Assembly (NCBI RefSeq): GCF_009914755.1
Contig: NC_060932.1
Length of the DNA: 64,000 bases
Reading direction: 5' to 3' (one strand)
DNA from: the human T2T-CHM13v2.0 reference genome, Homo sapiens
Under the pieces are notes generated by a model. That model was not told the DNA's origin, made no database searches, and worked only from the letters and a program-made list of their open reading frames with translations. The position numbers and the translations under genes are program-made. Shown here one piece after another: positions 38,906 to 50,058 of this stretch (positions are counted from its first letter, which is position 1; each line of letters begins with the position of its first letter).

Positions 38906-41361
38906 AAGCCTTCAGGAAGCACCAGCTGAGGCCTCAGTGATCGACATCTCCAACACAGCATCTCCCGGTGAAGGGCTGTGGCCGTGGCCAGTGGTGGTGA
39001 AGGGATTCGGCCATGGCCAGTGGTGGTTGGTGCCTCTCAGCTCATGGGACACGGTGCTCTGGGACCTGAGCTGGTGGTGTCAGAGTCATTACGCCAGAAT
39101 CCAAGGCCTTGGAGACAACTAGGGACCCCCGGAGGACTGCCTGAAGGCAGGGAAATGTTAAATTCAGGAAGATAGTAGTTAAATGTGCATAAGCAGGTAA
39201 TGTCCCAGAGATGATTTATGGAGTTACCACGTGATAGCATTTGGTGGGTGAGGTTAGAGGGCTGTGAATTGTTCTTTTCTCATTTGGGCAAGACCTGCGC
39301 TTGGAGAGAGTGTCTGCTGGCCGGGGTTGCGGAGGGGCGGCAGCAGTGGCGGTGGCAGTGGTTGAGGGAGTTCCTAAGGCTTCCTTAATGGATTTGGGGA
39401 TTGGTGCCCCCACTCACTCTGTGTTTCTGTCCTGCTTCTGCTATAATAATAGACGTCCTTATTAAAACAGCTGAACATAAATATCAAGTAACGTTGACAA
39501 ACACAGCACTTGGTTTCAACTGGGATTTAACGAAAGGCACATTTTTAGGCAAAGTTAGACATCTCTTTTTTTTTTAGGTAAGCTTAGCTCCTACTTAATT
39601 TTGCCCAGATTCTGAAGTATAAATGCAGCTCAGCTCTCAAACCCACCTTGAATGGATTTTGGGAAGTGCACAAAATGTAGAAGTTTTAGCAACTGCTGGG
39701 CAGTGCTTTTCTTCCCCTTTGGCTCAGAGACAGTCTTACCTGCAATGATTCTCTGCCAATTCCAGGGAAGACCCAGGTCAGCTGTGCCCACCGCCAGCAT
39801 CTGTCCACCCTGGTTTCTCACAAGAGGGTGTGGGTGTGATTCAGCTGCAACTGCTCTTTCAGTTAGGAGCCCCCCTGCCCCACACCATTGCCCCTTCAGC
39901 CTGGGCACACCGGCCTCTGCACCTGGGGCCCACGCCGCCCTGGTCTCGTCTCCAGTTCACCAGCTTTAGGTCCCTACAGATTAATTTCGAGCCCCTGCTG
40001 TAAAACTCCCAGCTTCTATAAGGGGTTGAGTTTTAAGAGCATGTGCACACTTAAACAGGCTTTAAAAGAAGCATCAAGTGACTTTTCTACACCTGTTTAC
40101 GATACCAAAGTGCCTGGAGTGTTTCAGGGACTTAATTTCTTTAATCCCTCAAGTGCCCAAAGAAAGTAAATGGCGAAGCCTGTTGTTTTTCTCCACTTTG
40201 CAATTTGGGAGATGGGATGGCTGAGTATTTCAGAGGCCTTAGATGCAGAGTGGGGGTGGGTGAGCACTCAGCTCTCTCATTCCCCCACCCCCCATTTTCG
40301 CCTGTGCCAAGGTGGCCAGGCACCAGCTGAGGCTGTGGGTGGAGGGAGTGCTTCGCTGGGGGACTCTGACTGTGCAGTCGATGGACACTTGTGCTGCCAG
40401 CTTTCTGGGAAGGCTCAGCTCCCTGCTGTCCACACCTTCAGGAGCGTCCCCAGCAGGCTCTGCAAGAGACGTGGCTGCCCCACAGGCACCTGGCTGCTGG
40501 GATGAGGCTTCCACCTCTCTCCAAGTTTCCTTTTACTCAAGACGGTGGAATTAATTTGGCACTGTGTAATTAAATTAACTCTCCAAGTTGCCTTTGCATG
40601 CAGTTTTAAATAAAGCTGTTTTTCTATGTGTATTGCAATCCTAATTTGTGTTTTAAACATATATTAAGCGACCCTGGAATATCAGGCGCCACCTTAATAT
40701 ACAGTTACACAGCTATAATATTTTTATGAAATATAAATGGGAGTACAAAATTTTGAACTAGAGAATAAAAATATTTTAGGGTTCACGGCATACCCTTACA
40801 TTTATACCCAGTGATTGCTAAGAATAGACTGAAAGATATTCAGTATATAACAGTAGCTAAAGTGTACAAATAATTATGTGAAAACAAAATAACGAGTAGA
40901 TGGGAAATTAAACCGTGCCTTTAGAAATAAAGATTGGATGCTTGTTTGAGTAAATGCAATTAAAATACTTGGTGTTTTATACTAGCCAGTTAAAGTGAAC
41001 ACATAATTTTTTTATTTGAATGGAGAAGCACTGGCAAAGAATTGTTGAATGTTCATATTGTATCAATTCCATAACATTCAATAAATAAGTAAAAATGGAT
41101 GTGCCTTCACAGTGACGTGAACTTCCTCCTTTTCCAAACTGAGGACCTAAATTACACTTTTTTCTGATAAAGCCAGATTTGTTTTTTAATTGACTTATAA
41201 CTTACAGTGAAGTGCCCAGATTCTAGCTACACATATGTCCATGTAACCCACATGCCACTCAGACGTGGAACTCCTCCACACTCCAGAGCGTTCCCTCCTG
41301 CCAAATCCCAGTTACACCCTGGCCACCAGAAGCACGCTTCTGATTTCTTTGATTCATTTAT

Positions 41362-41475
41362 TATCATTTTTGAGAAGGGGCCTCACAATGTTGCCCAGCC
41401 TGGTCTTGAACTCAAGCAGTCCTCTGCTTCAGGCCCGTGTGCCTGGGATCTCAGGTAGGAGCCACCGTGCCCAGC
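41362..41475 (-). mobile_element. FLAM/Alu monomer fragment inside an old L1 fragment (~41175-41510)
   Basis: ATGTTGCCCAGCCTGGTCTTGAACTC...GAGCCACCGTGCCCAGC. Confidence 0.7.
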
Positions 41476-41540
41476 TCTTAGTCTTCTGTCTTGCATCACC
41501 ATGGATTATCTGTTGTAATTCCACACAAGAACCAGTGCGT

Positions 41541-42086
41541 GTGGCACACATCGTGTGCAATGGCAGCACACTGTCGAGTGTGTGTGGGTGTGTGAGGGCA
41601 GCACACTTACCATCGAGTGTGTCGGTGTGCAAGGGCAGTATGCTTACCGTCGACTGGGTGTGCCAGGGCAGTACAATTACTGTCGAGTGTGTGTGGGTGT
41701 GCAAGGGCAGCACACTTACCATTGAGTCTGTGTGGGTGTGCCAGGGCAGTACAGTTACTGTCGAGTGTGTGTGGGTGTGCAAGGGCAGTACACTTACCGT
41801 TGAGTGTGTGTGGTGCACGTCCTGTGCAAGGGCAGTACACTTACCGTCGAGTGTGGTGCATGTGTGCAAGGGCAGTACACTTACTATCGAGTGTGGGTGG
41901 CTGTGCAAGGGCAATACACTTACTGTCGAGTGTGGGTGGCTGTGCAAGGGCAGTACACTTACTGTCGAGTGTGGGTGGCTGTGCAAGGGCAGTACACTTA
42001 CTGTCGAGTGTGGGTGGCTGTGCAAGGGCAGTACACTTACTGTCGAGTGTGGGTGGCACACATCGTGTGCAAGGGCAGTACACTTA
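41541..42086. repeat. 39-bp minisatellite, ~14 copies
   Basis: Unit GTGCAAGGGCAGTACACTTACTGTCGAGTGTGGGTGGCT. 3' copies near-identical, 5' copies diverged. Confidence 0.96.
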
Positions 42087-42157
42087 ACGTGTTTCGTGGT
42101 CTGTAGAAAAATTAAAGCTTGAGTGCACTGTTTGATCTTTAACAATGGGAAGAGTGT

Positions 42158-42496
42158 TTTCTGTCCCTGTGTTAGATTGCTAAGGATAATGGCCTCCAGC
42201 TCCATCCATGTTCCTGCAGGGCACGTGATCTCATTCTTTTTAGTGGCTGCATAGTATTCTCACCTCTAAGTGGAGCTGAATGAGGAGAACTGACAGGCAC
42301 CGAGAGGGACAACATACACAGTGGGGCCGGGTTGAGGGTGGGAGAAGGGAGAGGATCAGGAATTAACTAATGGGTACTAGGCTTAATACCTGGGGGGTGA
42401 AATAATCTATACAATAAGCCCCCACGACCCAAGTTTACTTCTAAAACAAACCTGCCCATTTACCCCTGAACTTTAAAGTTAAATAAGAAATGAACA
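42158..42496 (+). mobile_element. 5'-inverted, truncated L1 (older L1PA type)
   Basis: 42158-~42259 is antisense ORF2-end sequence and ~42260-42496 is sense 3' UTR with an A-rich tail. TSD AACAATGGGAAGAGTGT / AACGATGGGAAGAATGT. Confidence 0.85.
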
Positions 42497-43111
42497 AACG
42501 ATGGGAAGAATGTAAATTTGCAATACTGAAGCAAAAGCAGCCCCGTGCTCCCCAGGCTGGGCTAGGGATTGATGGATGGAGACCCCGGGAGGAGGCACCC
42601 ACGCAGAAGGCTATGAGTGACAGGTACCACCTTCCTCCCTGCACGGCACCCCCTGGAGAGGACTTTGCCATCGTCCCTGCAATCCCAGGACGCATTTCTC
42701 CTGTTCCTTGTCTGTGAACCGTTGATAGACAATAACATTTTAGGTGAACATAGATACAGCAGATAGTTGAGGCAGAAGGTGAAGTGGAGCTGTGGTTTCC
42801 AGAAGCTGACGTGGGAGGTTGCAGCCTCTGTGCTGCAGTGCGTAAGAGCCATGTGCCTGATAGATGGGTCTTGCTAAGGAGCTGATCTTCAGCTCACAAC
42901 AGCGTCTCCTCCGTGTTCTGTTCCTGAGGTGGCGAGTCATGTGTGGCTGCCACTTCGTTTGCACGGGGCATCTCAGTCACGGTGCTCTAAGCAGGGCAGA
43001 AACCACTGTGCGTTCCCAACAGGGGCTTGGGGGCGACTGCCATGTTCCTGTTTTGGACAAATGGAGAAAAGGGCAAAGCTGTGTTCACCTGAGGTCCCTT
43101 GACTGTGGCAG

Positions 43112-43407
43112 TGCTCACACACACAACATCCGTGTGGGATGCCAGGTGGCTGGACTGAGAGTTGGCCCTTGTGACCCCAACAGAATTGTATCAGTAGGAC
43201 CTGAGCGTGCATTTAATGCTCACACGTGTGATGTCTGCATGAGATGTGGGTTGCTGAATTCTCGTAGCCCTAACAGAATTGTGTCACTAGGAAATGAGCG
43301 TGCATTTAATGCTCACACGTGTGATGTCTATGTGAGATGCTGGGTGGCTGGATTTAGAGTTGGCACTTGTGGCCCTAACAGAATTGTGTCACTAGGAAAT
43401 GAGTGCT
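43112..43407. repeat. ~93-105-bp tandem repeat, 3 copies
   Basis: TGCTCACAC starts at 43112, 43217 and 43310. Shared AACAGAATTGT.TCA.TAGGA..TGAGCGTGCATTTAA. Confidence 0.9.
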
Positions 43408-44644
43408 TTTGGCAGTTGTTGCCTGTCCTTCTGTGACCTCTGCGTGGTGAGTTGGGCATTGAGCTGCCGTAGGTCACTGAGTCTGCCCTGCCATCACGTC
43501 TGCGCTGCCCTGAGACACGGAGCTCCAGCACATTCTGCAGAGCTCACACTATCGAGTCCAGCGCGCATGTGAGAGGCAGGAAGGGAGAGTCCACGGGTCG
43601 GCAACTCTGGGCAGTGGCGCGTGGGGGACGGACTCCGCAGCCTGTGGGATCGGCAGCATCCAGTGAGGTGGAGCGGGGCTCAGGGGCACTCAGGATGCAG
43701 TGAGCGCACAGCCCTGCGGTGGCATGGGTGGGAGACGCGCACCATGGAGCCGGTGGAAGGTAGACATTCGAGCGAGCTGGGGCCAGTTCCTGGAAGTGTG
43801 TCACTGCCAGTGCGGGGAACGTGAGATTTACTCACCCAGCAGCGGGACCTACTGGAGTGCTTTCGGTAAGAGCTGGGATGACACAAATGCATTCACGTTC
43901 GATTCCCTCGAGATGCCTTGTGGGTGGGGCAGGGAAACAAGGAGCTAGGTAAGGACACAGCAGCCAGGATCTAGGATGGAGCCGAGAGGGCGTCTCGGAG
44001 CGGGGTCCTGGCGTGGAGGGGAGGAGAATGTGACAGACATGGAGGTTCACGGAAGGGGAGACTCCAGAATAATATCAGTTCACACAATAAATAAAATAAC
44101 TACATGGGAAAACAGCCAATTTGTAATTAGCCTAGCAATTATTTATTTTTAGATTATAGATGTGGCAGTGCTTGGTGTGTGCAAGTGTGTTTTCTGATAT
44201 TGATATTTGATCTAGTTAGTTGACATTACTGATCTATAGAATGCACTGCTAAGAGTCATTGCAAATGTTTACTTGTCAGGAAGGGTTCCAAGCCCTGGAA
44301 ATATCCTTACTGATTTGTTAATCACAGCAGCCTATGAGGTAGCTGCTGTTAGTATCCTCACCATGTTGCACATGCTGCCCGGGGCCACAGAGGCGGAGGT
44401 TTGCGAGGGAGGCACCGCTCCTGGCTTGAGTAAGTCCACAGGGCAGGCGGTGGAGCCCAGGAGACAGGGCAGAGAAGGCTGCTTCCACCCCAGTCCTCAT
44501 TTCTGTTATCACCGCCTCCTGGTCCGAGGCATCTTTATTAATGAATGTCTGCTCTTTTTGAATCATAATTCTAAACGAAGCTGCAGAGTACGGAACACCC
44601 TTTGCAAGCCTTCAGGCAGAGAACGTACTGCCTCCATTCAGCAG

Positions 44645-44790
44645 GTGTGCACCCTGGGTAAATTATTTAAGGTCTCTGAGCCTTTGTCTATTTATCAAAT
44701 AGGAATAATAGCATTTAATCATTGCGTGATTATTACATTAAAGTAATATATGTAAAAATGATATTTGGCCAATAAAAACATTTCTGTAGC
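44645..44790 (+). mobile_element. MIR
   Basis: CCCTGGGTAAATTATTTAA..TCTCTGAGCCT...AAATAGGAATAATAG core. Confidence 0.6.
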
Positions 44791-46436
44791 TTTTCACCAT
44801 GATCACTGTTAATATTATATGATGGTCATAGAACTCAGACAGCTGAAAGGCTTTGGGGAAGCAGTGTGTTTGCGTTGTGTTTGGGGAAGCAGCGTGTTTG
44901 CATTGTGTTTAAAGCCACTTGATGTCTCCAAGTTGCACAGCGGTCTCTTTTATGCAACCGTCATGCCTCATTCTAAAACCATAGAGAGCAAGCCATTTAA
45001 AAGGTTAAAATTTAAGTTGCACTAAAGAGAACATATACTAAAATATGAAGCATTTGTGATTTATTATTTCAAGACATGAAACTTGGTGAAAGTGTACACA
45101 GGTGCTCAGTAGTGGGAGATGCGTCCGAAACGCAGACTGGAGTGTGGGCGCTTCTGGGGAGCGGCTGTCCGCAAGCTCATGTCTTCCTTTCTTCTCTTGG
45201 TAACAGTTTAATGCTGGAAGCATCCCGTGTGAAGGAGACGGGCAGAAGAGGCTGAGGCCATTCTTCTCTGGGAGCCAGTGGGTACCCGGGGTGCACGCGC
45301 TGTTCTCAGGGCAGTTGGAGGGAAATCATCACTGCGAATTCTAGTGACCACAGAACGGGTGGTCGACCTGCATCTTAAACTAGTAGAGATTTCCCAGGCA
45401 GATGCCGAGCCTGGGGCTGGAGTGCAAGGTCGTTTTCAGCAGGCAGCACCCTCGGAGTTTGCGGGAAACAGTGGGGTGTGGTTAGGGAGCAGGAGGAGGC
45501 TCAGGGCAGCTGTAGCCTGGGAGGAGGGTGAGGCCACCGGGAGGCAAGCATGCTGGTGACGATGACTGGTTGGTGAATCTGGCCCTCTCCAGGCCTGGGC
45601 TAAGTGCTCTGCGCACGTTGCACGCCTTGGCCTTATAATCTCCATGCCAGTTAAGGATCTCCAGGTTGGAGGGAGCTCACTGTGTTGCAAAGGTGACTCA
45701 CTTGCCCCAAATCATATAACCTGGTGCAGAAGAGGCAGATTTCAGACCCAGGTTTGCTAGGGAGCTCAGACTTTAGAGCAGGAGTGTGGGGAGCTGTTGA
45801 AGGGTCTGACCCGGGGGACGGGGGATGGTGAAGTGACTCATTTCCCAGGAAAGGTCGGGCGAGGGTTCTGCGTCTTGCGGCCTCTCTTGGGGTGTTGGGG
45901 CAGAGGAGCACCCTGGCACTGGTGGCGACGGCATAACTGTTGAACACGTGCCGGGCGAATGCTGTTCATTTTTATTCCATTTGTTCCTCTCCAGGGCTCC
46001 ACAGAAAGGTGGTTTTCCTGTATTTTCTAGCCCGATATAATGGGGGCTCTGAGAGTTTCTTTGTCAAACTTCAGGGCTGTGGTGCAATGGACATAAGCCT
46101 CGGGCTGAGTGACACCATCATTCTGCTGACGTCATCCTGGAATCAGGTGTTGTCTCCAGGGCACTTTCAGGGCCATCTGCAGGTACAAGGTGACCCCTAA
46201 GGCCGGTCAGCTTTGCCTCTGGGATGAGATAGAATGGTTTAAGATGCAAGTAGGATGCTGAAATTGACTAAAAGGAGGAATTTTTGGATGTGGGGTTGTT
46301 TGATCAAGCTCCTAGGAACCGTCATACCATCATTCCACAAAACATCCTAACATCCACTAGTCATTTATTGACTCGCTAATTCCATCATGCAAAATGGTAA
46401 AAAAGAAAATGTAAAAAGGACCACACAATTCCAAAA

Positions 46437-46652
46437 GCAGTAGAAACCAAGGCTAGTGGAAGAACAATGTAAACTAGCTGTAAACACACACACTCACACT
46501 CACACACACACACACACTCACACTCACACACACACACACTCACACACATTCAGGAGATCCAGTCAGCAGTGCAGTAGGAACCAAGGCTGGTGGAAGAACA
46601 ATGTAAACTAGCTTTAAACACAAACACACATTCAGGAGATCCAATCAGCAGT
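46437..46652. repeat. Two-copy tandem duplication with a (CA)n microsatellite long in copy 1 only
   Basis: GCAGTAG.AACCAAGGCT.GTGGAAGAACAATGTAAACTAGCT.TAAACAC..ATTCAGGAGATCCA.TCAGCAGT at 46437-46570 and 46571-46652. Confidence 0.95.
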
Positions 46653-47362
46653 GACGCCCAACTTGCCCCACAGAGAACACTCCGGAACTGAGAAGCAGGT
46701 TCCCTTCTGCCAAGGACTTCTCGCCTCGGAGTTCCATGATCTCGGGGCCTCCTGTCACCTCCCTCCAGGAAGTATTAACCAGGCCAGCTTCCTTGCCCTG
46801 TCCCTGTATTCATGAGTGAGTCAGGTTTGGAGTGTGGCAATGCGGGCTCTGGAGACAGCCCCAGGGTCGAATCCTGCCCGGGCCACCTCCCCACTCGGTG
46901 GCCTCGCCAAGGTGCTTCTCGCTTTGCGCCCTTGTCTGCGGGCAGAAGGTTTTGTGAACATTGGTGCCAGGATTGCGATGGGTCGGTGGCACCGAGGGCA
47001 GCGCTGCAGTCTGTGGTAGGTGCCCTAGCAGCAGCTATGCTGGAGTTACTAGAGGGCCGAGCATCTGCGAACCTTGGGGGCAGATCCAGCGTACTCACCA
47101 TTAAGGCAGTTCATAAAATTATTTCCTCCTTATTCTAACCAGCATCGACATAGAATCTGCCAGCAGCAAAACTGTGACCAGGCAGAGAAACGGGTGGGGG
47201 ACAGTTCCCAGGCCTCCTCTCCAGCCCGCTGTGCAGCGAGTTCAGTTGCTTCACGCCCTAAGCCAGCGAGTACCCATCAACAAGGCTGTCAGTGACTGCA
47301 GTGACTTCCAGGCGCCTTATCCTCTCTAAGCGTCCTGATAACCCTGAGAGATGTTATTACGG

Positions 47363-47525
47363 CCATTCCCTTTTTGTCATGGAGGTGGGGGGTGCGGTGT
47401 CTTCTGAGCTGATACTCCACTCCGTTGTGAGTATCTGTGGGATATGACCATTCCCTTTTTGTCATGGAGGTTGGGACTGGGGGGCCTTTCTGAGCTGATA
47501 TTCTGTTGTGAATATCTGTGGGATA
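47363..47525. repeat. 85-bp two-copy tandem duplication
   Basis: CCATTCCCTTTTTGTCATGGAGGT at 47363 and 47448. Confidence 0.9.
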
Positions 47526-47965
47526 ATTTCACGTCGTCGCCTCCCCTGGCTCTAAGGAGCTTGGACGTGTCTGGAGGTTCATGGAAGCCACCTGCAGGAG
47601 TGCCTGGCTTGGCTTTGCCTTTTTGTCTTCTTCCTGCTCTTCTCACTCACCTTCACATGCCCCCACGTCTGCCCTACCGCATCCACCCCATATCCCTTAA
47701 ACAGGTATTTGGGAAATTGTGTGGGGCAGAAGGAAAATCCAGGAGCCTTGTTTTCCACATGTTTCCATCACACCCGTTAATTGAACAATCTAAGCCCGGC
47801 CTCAGTGCAGGTGGCGGTCGTGGGCCTTTCCCAGGCCCCAGAATCCCATGGAAGGGCTGTTCTGAGCAGCTGCTTGGAGATGCATCAATACGTTCAAAGA
47901 TGATTGTCAGTTGCCAAAATAGCACTGGCTACATATTGACTGCAATTTAACAATGGGGGCAATAG

Positions 47966-49423
47966 TCACAACACCTGGGACCTCTGTGACATTTCCCTCA
48001 CGGAATTTCACACGGGACCTCCGTGACGTTTGCCTCATGGAATCTCACACACACGGGACCTCTGTGACGTTTGTCTCATGGAATCTCACATGCCCGGGAC
48101 CTCTGTGACATTTCCCTCACACGCCCAGGACCTCTGTGACGTTTCCCTCACGGAATCTCACACGCCCGGGACCTCCGTGACGTTTCCCTCACGGAATGTC
48201 ACACGCCCGGGACCTCCGTGACGTTTGCCTCACGGAATCTCACACACCCGGGACCTCCGTGACATTTGCCTCACGGAATCTCACACACCCGGGACCTCCG
48301 TGACGTTTGCTTCACGGAATCTCACACACCCGGGACCTCCGTGACGTTTGCCTCACGGAATCTCGCACGCCCGGGACCTCCGTGACGTTTCCCTCACGGA
48401 ATCTCACACACCCAGGACCTCCGTGACGTTTGTCTCATGGAATCTCACGTGCCCGGGACCTCTGTGACATTTCCCTCACACGCCCAGGACCTCTGTGACG
48501 TTTCCCTCACGGAATCTCACACGCCCGAGACTTCCGTGACGTTTCCCTCACGGAATCTCACACGCCCGGGACCTCTGTGACGTTTGCCTCATGGAATCTC
48601 ACACGCCCGGGACTTCCGTGATGTTTCCCTCACGGAATCTCACACACCCGGGACCCCCGTGACGTTTGCCTCACGGAATCTCACACGCCCGGGACCTCCG
48701 TGACATTTGCCTCACGGAATCTTGCACGCCCGGGACTTCCGTGACGTTTCCCTCACGGAATCTCAAACGCCTGGGACCTCTGTGACGTTTGCCTCACGGA
48801 ATCTCACACGCCCGGGACTTCCGTGATGTTTCCCTCACGGAATCTGACACACCCGGGACCTCCGTGACGTTTGCCTCATGGAATCTCACACACCCGGGAC
48901 CTCCGTGACATTTGCCTCACGGAATCTCGCACGCCCGGGACTTCCGTGACGTTTCCCTCACGGAATCTCACACGCCCGGGACCTCTGTGACGTTTCCCTC
49001 ACGGAATCTCACACGCCCGGGACTTCCGTGACGTTTCCCTCACGGAATCTCACACGCCCGGGACCTCTGTGACGTTTGCCTCACGGAATCTCACACGCCC
49101 GGGACTTCCGTGACGTTTCCCTCACGGAATCTCACACACCCGGGACCTCCGTGACGTTTGCCTCACGGAATCTCACACACCCGGGACCTCCATGACATTT
49201 GCCTCACGGAATCGCGCACGCCCGGGACCTCCGTGACGTTTCCCTCACGGAATCTCGCACGCCCGGGACTTCCGTGACGTTTCCCTCACGGAATCTCACA
49301 CGCCCGGGACCTCTGTGACGTTTCCCTCACGGAATCTCAGACGCCCGGGATCTCCGTGATGTTTCCCTCACGGAATCTCACACACCCGGGACGTCCGTGA
49401 CATTTGCCTCACGGAATCTCACA
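47966..49423. repeat. 41-bp CpG-rich minisatellite, ~35 copies
   Basis: Unit CACGGAATCTCACACGCCCGGGACCTCCGTGACGTTT(G/C)CCT, with up to 5 CpG per unit. Confidence 0.98.
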
Positions 49424-49726
49424 GCTTCTCCCAATAGAACAGCGACTCATCCGCCCAGCACTCCGGGGGCAGGAAGAGATGTTGCTTCTCTTTTTGGCAA
49501 GCAGATGAACAGTAATCATGAGTACAGAGTCTGAGATGTCAGCGTCTGGAAAGACATTTCCTGTTACACGCTGAACAAAAGCTTTGGGGTGACCACCTGC
49601 TGCGTCCTCAGGATGTGCCTTTTTTTAGGAAACAATGACTTGTCACTCCAAAAAGTTAAAAAAGCACCTCCAAATATATATGATGCCACATCTTCTCCTC
49701 ACACAGGTTGCCTTGTGGTGCGGCTT

Positions 49727-50058
49727 CCAGGCCGGTTCCGCGGTTGGGGTTGACCGTACACAGGGTTCGGGCCCCAGGCCGGTTCCGCGGTTGGGGTTGA
49801 CCTTACACAGGGTTCGGGCCCCATGGCGGTTCCGCTGTTGGGGTTGAGCATACACAGGGTTCGGGCCCCAGGCCGGTTCCGCGGTTGGGGTTGACCTTAC
49901 ACAGGGTTCGGGCCCCATGGCGGTTGCGCTGTTGGGGTTGAGCATACACAGGGTTCGGGCCCCAGGCCGATTCCGCGGTTGGGGTTGACCTTACACAGGA
50001 TTTGGGCCCCAGGCCGGTTCCGCGGTTGGGGTTGAGCATACACAGGGTTCGGGCCCCA
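49727..50058. repeat. 47-bp G-rich minisatellite, 7 copies
   Basis: Unit CCAGGCCGGTTCCGCGGTTGGGGTTGACCTTACACAGGGTTCGGGCC. Period 47. Confidence 0.96.

Noticed and set aside
41265-42205. 285-aa Cys-rich and 258-aa His-rich ORFs
   Set aside because: A 39-bp unit (multiple of 3) without stops opens several frames. The flanks derive from FLAM and L1 fragments.
47966-49423. CRISPR-like array (palindromic repeats at regular spacing); also considered for 23583-25398 and 4146-4484
   Set aside because: No unique spacers: whole units repeat head-to-tail. No cas genes, and the DNA is primate.
49727-50058. Interstitial telomeric repeat (TTGGGG)
   Set aside because: One hexamer per 47-bp unit and no tandem TTAGGG array.
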